DNA of 57,569 bases, the filler included, from Sphacelaria rigidula (Eukaryota), in the NCBI GenBank assembly GCA_964200075.2. It is 8 parts of 8 records of this genome, joined end to end, with 100 filler letters (N's around TTAATTAATTAA, not from the genome) between each part and the next. Parts side by side here need not be neighbours in the genome. Positions count along the whole stretch, not along the records: positions 1 to 7,109 come from CAXNAA020016439.1; positions 7,210 to 14,318 come from CAXNAA020016440.1; 6 more parts are not named here. The stretch is one strand, 5' to 3'. Position numbers and translations under genes: made by a program. Below are positions 1 to 9,966 of the stretch, in pieces. The stretch's first letter is position 1, and each line of letters begins with the position of its first letter. The notes under the pieces are model-generated. The model worked only from the letters and a program-made list of their open reading frames with translations. It was not told where the DNA came from and searched no databases.

Positions 1-236
1 TCCCCTGGTCATCATCCAGGATCCTACATGCTACATTTACTACGCCTTGGTGTATTTTGGCTACAGAGCGTCCTTGTGACAAACATCTGTGCCTTAGTGT
101 ACAGCCTCAGAAAGGTTTTCGACTGAAAAGTGCACCCCCATACCGTAAAATCACTCCACATTGGATTGTGTACGAAAAGGCATGTTCATTGCCTCTCCCC
201 ACCGCTGCGCTGAGTCTCCGCTTTGCTTGACCCTCT

Positions 237-440
237 ATTGATTGATTGATTGATTATCTTACATTGGCTGACTGCAACAATCCAGCCCGTGGTCAGGAGC
301 AGCGAAACAAACAGAATAATAGAAGAAAAAAGAAAGAAAGAGACAGAAAAAGACAGAAGCAACAGCCTCAGAAAGGGAAGCAGAAAGCCTCTGTGATGCA
401 CATTGTTTACAAATTACCTCAACGAACGATAGCGTAGCAA
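237..440 (-). mobile_element. 3' end of a retroposon-like repeat with an (AATC)n tail (copy 1)
   Basis: (ATTG)n at 237-254 is followed by ctgac...atccagcccgtggt and a long A/G-rich tract. The same arrangement recurs at 3343-3650. Confidence 0.45.
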
Positions 441-454
441 ATGGAATAGCGAAT

Positions 455-656
455 TTAAGACGTAGCCCTTGGGTAAACGGAGATAAGGAGAATCAGGAAG
501 AGCATTATATCTTTTTGTGTGAAGAACGGACAAACCATGATGAGTGGCCTTATATTGGAGGTGTTTCCATTAGGAGTAGGAAAAGTGCTCCGTCTCGAAA
601 GGGAAACGTGGTTAATGGTCAAATGACAGCAACAAATGAGTAACCCCCCCCCCCCC
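455..656 (+). mobile_element. 5'-truncated 3' fragment of the C-tailed LINE family
   Basis: Aligns by eye with 6830-7037 (ggaggtgtttccattaggagtagg...gtgctccgtctcgaaaggg...aacaaatgagta) and ends in a 13-C run. Confidence 0.85.
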
Positions 657-726
657 TCTCGTCTCGAAAGGGATGCGTGGTCAATGGTCAAACAACTAAC
701 TCGCAGATGAGTACGCCCCCCCCCCC
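657..726 (+). mobile_element. Mini-copy of the C-tailed LINE 3' end, head-to-tail on the previous copy's C-run
   Basis: ctcgtctcgaaagggatgcgtggtcaatggtcaaac...atgagtacg followed by C11. Confidence 0.85.
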
Positions 727-1804
727 TGCATCTTTCAACTGTACACACCGTCACTTTCTGTTTCGAGGCGAAGCTCCGCAGACTGGTGTTTGACCGTAAT
801 AGATCGATTCTTCCCGAGGAGAGGACACTGACACTACCTTCTTCCTGATTTTGCGCATTTGCTTGGTTCCCCTCCTATGTTATTCTGCGCCATCCTTCCG
901 TTGGAGTCTTTCCCAATTCTTACCGATTTCCCCTTTTTCAAGTCTTACGTTCTCTTCCGTTATTGTTCCCTTCATTTGCGTTCATCTTCATTTCTGACAT
1001 TTAGCTCAGACCACTCCTTGTCAGTGCATTCGCTGTGTCGGCTCTCGTTGTTTGCCTTCCCCCTCATCTTGTGACCTGCATTTTCTTCCGCGCATCCCCG
1101 AAAGCCTTCGACATCCTACACTCCGGAGGTAAATAACTCGTTTTCTATATACTTTACCCTTCTTCGTCTTTTTTTCGTCCCTTCGTTTCTTCGTGCCGCT
1201 CTGAAGTTTCGCCATGCGTGGTTTTGAGCAGTATACCGCACGTTCTCCTTAGGCTTCCATCCATTGTTTTTCAACCAACCCCTGTTACGTTCCTTTTGTT
1301 TTTGCCAACTGTGCCACCTATACAATCTTGACCTCATCTTGTGTCAGCTATTTTGTCGGACGCAACTTCTCTGCCTTCCATTTCCTCGTCTGCCCCTTCT
1401 TCTGCGTGCGCCGGAGCCTTGGAAGTAAGCGATGCCTTATTTCTTCGCTATAAGCATATCTTCCGCGACACCGCCCGTGGGTACACTCTTCCAGCCAACA
1501 TCCTAGGCCACAACAGCCCCATTTTCAGGAATTCTTGTGATCTTTCCCAAGGACAGTGCGGCTTGAGGTCATTGACTCAGTTTGATGACGTCCGCGGAAC
1601 ACGTACGTGTGACATCAGCCGCACTTTGAAAGTGCACGCCAGAAGCCGTCTTCTGGACGTGCGTCAAGAAGGGGAACTTTCTGGACGTCATAAGCCCTCA
1701 CAAGGTCATTTCTTGTTCTTTTTTTCTTTCACTTCTGACTCTTCCCCCTCCCCAGGACGAGTCCGTGGTCTCAAGGGATCAACCCATCTCCCCCCCGGTA
1801 CATG

Positions 1805-1875
1805 TGCTCCGTCTCGAAAGGGATGCGCGGTCAATGATCAAACGACTAAGGCGAGCAGCAAATGAGTACGCCCCC
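1805..1875 (+). mobile_element. Mini-copy of the C-tailed LINE 3' end
   Basis: tgctccgtctcgaaagggatgcg...aatgagtacgccccc, with a degenerate TSD cccccccggtacatg (1790-1804) / ccccctcgggacacg (1871-1885). Confidence 0.9.
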
Positions 1876-2060
1876 TCGGGACACGCCTTACATTTTGGTA
1901 TCGTGTTGGATTATGACCAGCACTCCCGAACCGCATCGGCTGTCGCGAATCAAACTCAGCGTAACAGAATATTCCTTGCTACCACACTTCTATTAGCGGG
2001 ATGACATTGTCAGCAAGGATGTCGATTACCTGTGCACTCGTAATTACCGGTAACACCTAT

Positions 2061-2131
2061 GGGGGGCGTACTCATTTGTTGCTTGCCTTAGTCATTTGAC
2101 CATTGACCACGCATCCCTTTCGAGACGGAGC
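2061..2131 (-). mobile_element. Mini-copy of the C-tailed LINE 3' end with a perfect 15-bp TSD
   Basis: Reverse-complement copy flanked by aacacctatgggggg at 2052-2066 and 2132-2146. Confidence 0.95.
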
Positions 2132-2239
2132 AACACCTATGGGGGGTAGGTAATACATATTTTGGTGGTACTAAGGGTCCCGAATTTCGGCCGCATCCAC
2201 GGGCCCCCCTTTTGCTTTCCGCGTAGCCTCTACTTGTAG

Positions 2240-2240
<1 letters not shown>

Positions 2241-2289
<49 letters not shown>
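2241..2289. repeat. (GCA)n microsatellite
   Basis: About 16 perfect GCA units. Confidence 0.95.
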
Positions 2290-2290
<1 letters not shown>

Positions 2291-3342
2291 CAAACAGCAG
2301 CAAATCTACACCCCTACAGCTTTACACGAACAGCGGACCGGCATGAGCACAAACAGCGTCAGGGATTCTTCTTCCCGGAGGAGTCTGGGGTCTCTGTTTT
2401 GCCCAATTAGTCTTGAGCCCGAAGGTGTCGAGGTGCGTGCAGCGCTACTTCGCTTTGTGAAAGTGACGAAAACGTCTGTGCAACACTTCACGATGGTACG
2501 GAAGCGTGGTACTACAAAAAAGATAATTGGTACGACGAAGAGACGTGGTAAAATGTACTCGAAGTACTTGTACTTCGTACCTTGCGTACAAGTACATACG
2601 CAATGTATGCGAAACAAGTGATGCGAAATAGTCTACAATGAACATATAAACATACAACAGACGTAATACAAGCATCAACACATGCATCCATACATGTAGA
2701 TATACACAATGCATACTGAGCACCACACCGAAGTACATGTGTACTGCTATAAACATGAGAAGTGCATTACACACGCGCAGAGTGCGTTCGAACCTCATCT
2801 CTGGCGTCAATGTACTGATGTTAGTGTTCTCTTGACGTTATTATACTGATTTTAGTGTAAAAATGTGGAAACCCAGGGATACACCACGAATCATCCCCGT
2901 CTTTGCGGTAATTTGAGGGTAAGTTATTGAAATTGCTGATTTCAGGAAATTACGGTAAGTTATTTGTTTAATCTGGGGTAATCGACATCCTTGATTATCA
3001 GCGGGGGGACGAAACGCGGGTTCCATTCACGCCGGATGCGTCTAGTTTGCCTTTTTTTTCTTTCAATATCTGATTTCCACCATCGACCGCGTGAAAAGTA
3101 GTTGACTGGGTTTGGATGCCGAGAGTTGACGCGGTGCGGGAGTGCTGATAGTCATAACCCAACCCGCGAGACCAAAATGCAAGGCGTGTACTGGGGGAGA
3201 GATGGATTGGTCTCTTCAGACCACGGACTCGTCCCGAGAAAGGGGAGGGGTTAAAAGTGTGGCAGAAAAAATACTGCTGCTGGCCGTACCTGTGTAGCAG
3301 TGGAATAGAGCATTATGTTTCTCGCTATGCTCCATACTTATG

Positions 3343-3650
3343 GTTGATTGATTGATTGTCGCACTTTAACTGACCCCCTAGGGATCCAGCCGTGGTGTCA
3401 TGATAGACGTACCCAAGACAACGAAACTGAAACACGCTCTGAAGAAAAGAAGGAACAGAAGAAAAAAAAAAGTAATGAAAAAAAGTCAACACAAGCAGAG
3501 CACAGAAAGAAATGGCCCACCGAAAACAAAACAAAAAAGAAGGAAAAGAAGAAAAAAAAATACAGAGCAAATAAAAAGAAATACAACAAGACAAAAAAAA
3601 AAGGGAAAAAAAGGAAAATGCCCACGGGATTCAGGGCAGCAGAGTAGATA
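3343..3650 (-). mobile_element. 3' end of a retroposon-like repeat with an (AATC)n tail (copy 2)
   Basis: (TTGA)n plus aactgac...gatccagccgtggt plus an A-rich tract, similar to 237-440. Confidence 0.45.
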
Positions 3651-4661
3651 TTAATTGAATATTGACTACGGCTCATTTCGGTAACGCACGTCTGTCTGCC
3701 CCTTCGTCTACTGCTTGCCGTCAATGGCGCCCCTGTTCTACTTATTTGGTTTTCGCAGTCAGATATCCGCAGCACCAATATACGCCGTGAGAGACGTATA
3801 CATTGACGAAGTGCTGCACACGTGTCCTTACGTACAGTCCTAAATTCGCAACCACCCATCATGCAGTGCTATCGGCATTATCGGCGCGTGTGCAACTTTA
3901 ACAGCACGATCAAACGACTCTGTACATTGAATTATGAAGAAGGTCAGTTGGATCGCCCGACGAGGACGGTACGTCGATTACATCATCACGCAGCGCTTGA
4001 GCTGGAACCTATCTTGCCCTGGCAGTCAGCACCCAATAATGCGCTGGTATCTAGTTTTTGTTCGGTTGTTCCTATACTTTGAATAATAATGAATATGTAT
4101 AGCATATTAGCACTGGCACAATAGCGTTCGAATTTCGGAAATAACACAACCACAGCGTGACGATAACGGCTCATGGCTTTGGACCCCGGAAATACATTTT
4201 GGGTCATACCTGAACGACAATTTCTTATCCATACGATATCAGGAATACGAATAAAAGGGTGCGGACGCGAATGCAAAGACATTGTAGAGTTCTCCACATT
4301 CCCCTCTCCTATACTACGCGGAGTACCGAGGACAACTACTGATTCTTCTTATTACCCAATGTACCGATTTGCCAAAATACCATGCCATCCCCACATGACC
4401 CGATCTGTCGGACTTTCACATCATGTACAACACGGAGATGTCCGAGTGTACACGTTTATCCTGGCACCGAGTATTTCTTAAACCTCTAAACTCCGTCAAG
4501 GGTTGGAGTCAACACTTTTGATCTCCTGGTATGACCCGAAATCCAAGAAGAACTGGAGGAAATCAAATGTTACGGTAACCACGCACACCTCATTTCGCCG
4601 GTTCATGGGGAATATTTTGCGTAGAGAGTATACCTCCGGCATGCACCCATTCCCCCCCCCC

Positions 4662-7037
4662 TGAAACAAATGTGGGCAGGGATGAAAGGCATTAGGGGAA
4701 ATCAGGCAGGAAAGATGGACAAGGGGATATCTACACTCCGGGCAAAGAACGGGAAAATGGTCCGCAGTTCGGAGGAGAAGAGAGAAGTGCTAGTCGAGCA
4801 TTACCGTAAAGTGGGAACACCAAAAACAACCACGGAGTTCCACAAAAAAATCGAAAAAGGAAACCAATGCCCGGGCAGAGGCGAATGTAGAGACGTCAAA
4901 ACGGAAGGATAGAGGCTCGACCGAATTGCAAAGAAATTTTCCCAGAGATGAAGTGAAGGAGTGCGTAGCTAAACTCAAGACAGAAAGGCACAGGGGCAGA
5001 CGGAATAGTGAATGACTTTCTAAAGTACGGGGGGGGGCGTTCTCATTTGTTGCTTGCCTTAGTCGTTTGACCATTGACCACGCATCCCTCTCGAGACGGA
5101 GCATTCTAAAGTACGGGGGGGAGAGAATGATTACCATGATGGTTATGCTGTATAACTGGATATGGGAGAACGAGTACACATAAAAGAGGTGGAGAGGAGT
5201 AGAAAACCTTTTCCAAAAAGGAGACAAGACTGACCCAGGAAACTATAGAGGGATGACGCTACTGAGTACGGTAGGAAAAACATCCTGTAAGATTCTGAAC
5301 GATAGAGTAGGAGCAATGCTAGAAAAAAAAAGACAAAGTCAACGAAGCACAAGCAGGATTTAGACCAAACCATAGTTGCGGAGACCATGTGTACTGTTTC
5401 TTTCTGGACGTGCAAAAGGATTATGACACAGTATGGAGGAATGGGTTGTGAAAGAATTTGTAGGAAACTGGGATCAGAGGAAAGATGTGGAGAATTGTAA
5501 AGATGACAAAATGTGCCAAAAGTTCTATGATGCCAGACGGGGAAATATTGAATTATTTCGATATCTTACAAGGAGTTGCACAAGGATGTACGTTATCACC
5601 TAGTTTGTTCAAGGTATCCATTAATGACCTGATGATAGCAATAGAAGCAGCAAAGGAAGGGGTCAGGGGCGGTGAAGATACGGTATCAGGATTGATATTC
5701 GCAGATGATTTTGTGTGGATTTCAGAAACAGTAGAAGGACTACAGACACAGATAAACAAGGCGCTAGAATATACTAGGAAATGGAGAGTGACAGCGAACG
5801 TAAACAAATGCGTGGTACTCGTCTGTAGTAAAGAAAAAACGGTCGAGTTCAAATGGAAGTGGGGAGAAACGGAACTGCCGATCGTAGACCAGTATACATA
5901 CCTTGGCGTGAAGATCTCAGGAAACTGCTCTTGGGATGCACACATAAACAAAGTAATAGAAAACGGTAAGGCACAGATATGAAGGATGGATGTGATTCTC
6001 AGAGACCCGCACCTAGACACTAGGACTAAGAGATGTGTCCTGATGAACGTGATCGTACCAAAGCTGGAATATGCGGGAGAAGTATGGGAGGGGAACATGA
6101 AGTTGGAGGAAAGGTTGGAAACAGTACAGATGGCAGCAGCTAAGAAGATAGTTGGATTCTCGAATGTACGAGTAATACAGTTTTGAGAGCAGAGTTAGGA
6201 ATGTACTCACTTGAACAAACAGAGACATGAGGAAATTGCGATGGCAATATAGCATAAAGAACATGCAGAGAAAGACATTGTCAGCCTTAGCTGATAGGGC
6301 TGTATGGAAGAAAGTGACGAAAGGGCAGGCTGGAATAGAGGTGGGATAAAGAAGTCGAGAAAGTATGGAAGGAGATAAGAGGAAACCAAGACGAAATACT
6401 GTCCATAGATGAGGATGCGGGGTACAAGACAAGAGTAAGAGATATGATAGCAATGAGGGGAAAAGGAGCGCTCAGACGCGAAGTAGACGAAGAACACCTG
6501 GAGATATACGGAGGGTTGAGGGAGGGGATCGGAATGAAAACATATTTGCATGGTCCAATGGACGCTGCGAAAAATATGAAACTACGATTTCGGGTAGGGG
6601 AGCTGGACCTGCCAGAAAGAAAAAAGAGGTTTACCAGTCGTCGCGAGGACGAGGAAGTAAATGCCTAGAATTGCCCCTGTGGTAAAAGAATAGAGAGCAG
6701 AAGTCACATAGTGGCAGAATATGAACTATACAAGGAAGAACGGATTGTGCTAGAGGGGGAAATGCGGGACGTGAATGAAGCTAGCATGAAATCGTTAGAT
6801 GAATTAGACAGTAGCGAAAAAACGAAGTATACTAGGAGATAGATGGTGGCCACAGACGGCGAAACAGGACGGGGATAAAATATGTGAAAGGTTTTTGTGT
6901 CATGTCTGGAATAGACATAATGAGCGCCGGGATGTTGGGGGTGTCTCTATTAGGAGTAGGGACTGTGCTCCATCTCGAACGGGATGCGTGGTCAATGTTC
7001 ACACGACTAAGGCAAGCAACAAATGAGTACGCCCCCC
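4662..7037 (+). mobile_element. 5'-truncated, decayed non-LTR retrotransposon (LINE) ORF2: reverse transcriptase, C-terminal CCHC-like region, poly(C) 3' end
   Basis: Frameshifted RT motifs: LFQKGDKTDPGNYRGMTLLSTVGK, QAGFRPN, FLDVQKDYDTVWRNGL, GVAQGCTLSPSLF, FADD, YTYLGV, then CPCGKRIESRSH. The terminal frame reads ...FLCHVWNRH...APSRTGCVVNVHTTKASNK* (TGA 7024-7026), then GTACG and a C-rich tail. Many stops and frameshifts. Confidence 0.95.
5029..5103 (-). mobile_element. Mini-copy of the LINE 3' end inserted antisense inside the LINE itself
   Basis: Flanked by an 18-bp direct repeat ttctaaagtacggggggg (5018-5035 and 5104-5121). It interrupts the codons for ...DFLKYGG... Confidence 0.95.
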
Positions 7038-7109
7038 GCCCCCACCCCCCCCCCCCCAACCCCACCCCCCCCCCCCCCCCACCCCGCCCCCGCCCACCAC
7101 TCTGACTCG

Positions 7110-7209
7110 NNNNNNNNNNNNNNNNNNNNNNNNNNNNNNNNNNNNNNNNNNNNTTAATTAATTAANNNNNNNNNNNNNNNNNNNNNNNNNNNNNNNNNNN
7201 NNNNNNNNN
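7110..7209. other. Assembly linker (N44-TTAATTAATTAA-N44)
   Basis: 100-bp spacer with stops in all six frames. Identical linkers lie at 14319-14418, 21528-21627, 28737-28836, 35946-36045, 43154-43253 and 50362-50461. Confidence 0.98.
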
Positions 7210-7285
7210 TACGTTTCTTCCATACATTACACAAAAACCTTTCACATATCCCATCCCCGTCCTGTTTCGCCGTCTCTGGCCACTT
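7210..7285 (-). mobile_element. Fragment of the same LINE family (near its 3' end)
   Basis: Reverse complement matches 6845-6915 (gtggccagagacggcgaaacaggacggggat...atatgtgaaaggtttttgtgt). Confidence 0.85.
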
Positions 7286-8199
7286 TTTTAGGGGGGGGGG
7301 GTGATATCAGGGGGAACCACGGTTTCGGTCAGCGTTGTAAGCTCACAGAGTCGGTGAAATGCGGTCAAGAAGTATCAACGCGATCAAGGGGCATTAGGTC
7401 GACAAAAAAGTCATGGGGCACCATCGCTGAAAGTGTGGGGAAAACGTTGTTTTGGGCTTGAACCTCATTTCATCGTACAGCCTCATTTTATATATTTGCC
7501 TGTTTCAAAGAAAACACTATATATAGTACAAGTGTGAATTATTGCAATATGATTAAGACGTTTCTACATCACTCCCTGCACTGATCCTCCACAGCTGACC
7601 AACAGTGAGGACGTTCGCTCATGTGTGTGCCGTGTTCAACTCGCCAAGGGCTCATTGCACGGTCATGTTTTTGCTGGTGACTAAGGCCAAGGCAATGTTC
7701 AATTGTTTCCAAGTGCTTTGCTCCCATGTTCTCGTGACATTCGCTGCATAACCGCTGTCTTCGTGCTCCTGAATCAACGAGAACGCAAAAAAATACCCCG
7801 CCATGAACAGGGTTTTGTTGTTTTGGTTCCTGTTTGAAGTTTTCCATCATCTTGAAGAGGCTTTTGTGGTTCGGGATCGACATCCCGCGAAAAAGAGCCA
7901 GAGTGGGCGACTTTTGATGGCCAGAGCACGCGCCACAGGTATCATATGACACCCAAACCTGAAGAGTAATGCACCGCTGCGCCTTCTTCATGCACTGCAA
8001 AAGAAAGCGCGCGATAAGATGCCTTCCCGCCAGAGGAAAGTCGGCAAAAGTGGTGAAAAATGCGAAATGATACATTTACATATGTATGTGCACAAGAACC
8101 CCCTACTATGACTCTTGAAACGTTAAATACTCCGGAGTATAGCACAAAACTAAATTCTTGCCACATACGCGTTGTTTCATGTCATGCGAGCAGGTAGTG

Positions 8200-9966
8200 A
8201 AACGCCCGCGTATGTTCGGCTGCCATCCCACCTGGAAAGGTTAGGAGCGCACCTGGACCCGGCGTAGGTGAGGGAGAGATGGCCACAGTCCACTTCACCA
8301 TACACTCCAGAAGGTTGTTCGGGAAATCCCTGAAGAAGTGGCTGGTGACTTCCATCGACACTGATCAGTGGATCATTGTACTTCTGGCGATGTCCTCCGG
8401 GCGTATCACGCCGCATGACTCAGGCGTCGTGCTAGTCACTGTCAAACGCATCGTGATTGGTGACCCTCAGTACATACTGGTGAACCGGATGTACAGCGCG
8501 ATCGAGAATCTGAGGGACGGGAGCGAGAGTGCTTGGCCGCCCGACGGCCAGTGCGATTGGCTGACACCGTCAATCAAGGTGGCACTGTTCGTTTTGACCC
8601 ACCTGCTGGCCGGGTGCGATTTTTTACCACATGTGTCCGGGATTCCTTTCCTGAAGATGTGGGATTTCGTTCTGAAGGCCATTCGCACGCCGAACCTCTT
8701 CACGAAAGCGATACTGGCGGACAAAGATGGGAGGCTCAGGGTGGAGATGGACGAGGGCGTGAAGCTGCTGGCCACCGTTTTCTTTTTCAGGTACGAAAAC
8801 GCTTTCTCGCAAGTTGCCACGGATCCGGAAATTCTGTTCACGTGCGGACAGGACTTGGCGTCGTACGTGAACAAGATCCGCCTGTGCATCATCACAGCGC
8901 ATGGGCACCAGCCTTCCCGCTGCTGCCCAGACTTGGACGCCTGTAAGAAGCACGTCAGTAAGTTCGATGCAGCGTTCGGAATACTGGGGGGGGAAGCTTC
9001 CTACGCAGCATGCCCCCCGTGAGCTTCAACGGACGCGGGTGGGGCATAAGACCTGATAGGAGGACTCACCACAAGGGTGGTGTAAAAGTGTCAGGCACAG
9101 CGAGGGTGGAGCTATCACGTGAAAACATTGTGGTGTACTTATCGAGTCACACATGCGTCGACACTTCCGGAAACGTGCAAATACTCAGATGTGCATGCAA
9201 CCCTGAAAGGGCTGCGACAAAACACAGATGCCGGAGCTGCAGGCGTGTGGGCAACTGCACTCTGAGCTACGGCTGCAAGGGTCGCTGCTTCTTGCCCCTA
9301 CCCCCTTCGCGAGCGGCCGCCGCGAATCCCGCTGAGGAAAGCGGCGACGGACACAGCGGTGCACGCGGCCGATCGCGAGACGGGAGAAGCCGATCAACAG
9401 CGAAGCATGCAAGAGGCGGGTCGACTGCATCACGTGAAATGGGGGCGGCATCTCGAGCAAGCACCGCACCAGGGACACCTGTTGATGCGACTGATGGTGA
9501 GGAGCCTGGCTGTCGCGGCACGGGGAGGGAGATGGTGGGGGGAGCGCACTCGGGACCAGATCCTATCAGTGAAACCGACGGCATAGATGGCCGTGCACGC
9601 GACCGATCTCGCAAGGGGAAAGGCCGGTCAGCAGCGAAGCATGCAAGGGGCGAGTCGGATGCATCCCGCAGAAGGAGCGCGGCAAGTGGAGCGAGAAATG
9701 CGTCAGGGGCACCTGTTGATATGATCCATGGTGAGGGTCGTTACGGGCACGGCGACGGGAGGCAGGGGGTAGGGAGGGCGCATCCGGGAGAAGAGCCCAT
9801 CAGTGGCTGCTTTTGCGACGGCGGATATGATAAACCCGCCGGACACAAGTCAAAATCTGCAGCCGGGATCTGGATCGGAGATTCGGATTCAAAATGCAGC
9901 GGGTCCGAGAGAGACGACTCGGCAACGGAAGCGGGTGATGACAGTGAGGAAGATTTCGCGTTCTGA
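8200..9966 (+). pseudogene. Academ (AcademX)-like DNA transposon protein remnant: XPG/PIN-fold nuclease region plus Cys-rich finger
   Basis: In-frame GVGEGEM, SIDTDQWIIVLLA, HLLAGCDFLPHVSGI and CPDLDACKKH (ORF 8279-9022). After frameshifts near 8975-8993 come YW...PPVSFNGRGWG and LRCACNP...CRSCRRVGNC...GCKGRC (ORF 9010-9966). Family assigned from recalled motif order only. Confidence 0.65.
9345..9805 (+). repeat. Two-copy ~234-bp (~78-aa) coding tandem duplication
   Basis: ARGRSRDGRSRSTAKHARG...PVDATDGE...GGAHSGPDPIS versus ARDRSRKGKGRSAAKHARG...PVDMIHGE...GRAHPGEEPIS. Confidence 0.85.

Noticed and set aside
2088-2303. Poly-Ala ORF, and the poly-VC/TH ORFs at 45306-45945
   Set aside because: They are translations of (GCA)n and (GT)n microsatellites.
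3325-3654. Lys-rich and Phe-rich ORFs (also 186-437 and 30537-31190)
   Set aside because: They are by-products of A-rich low-complexity tracts with no domain signal.
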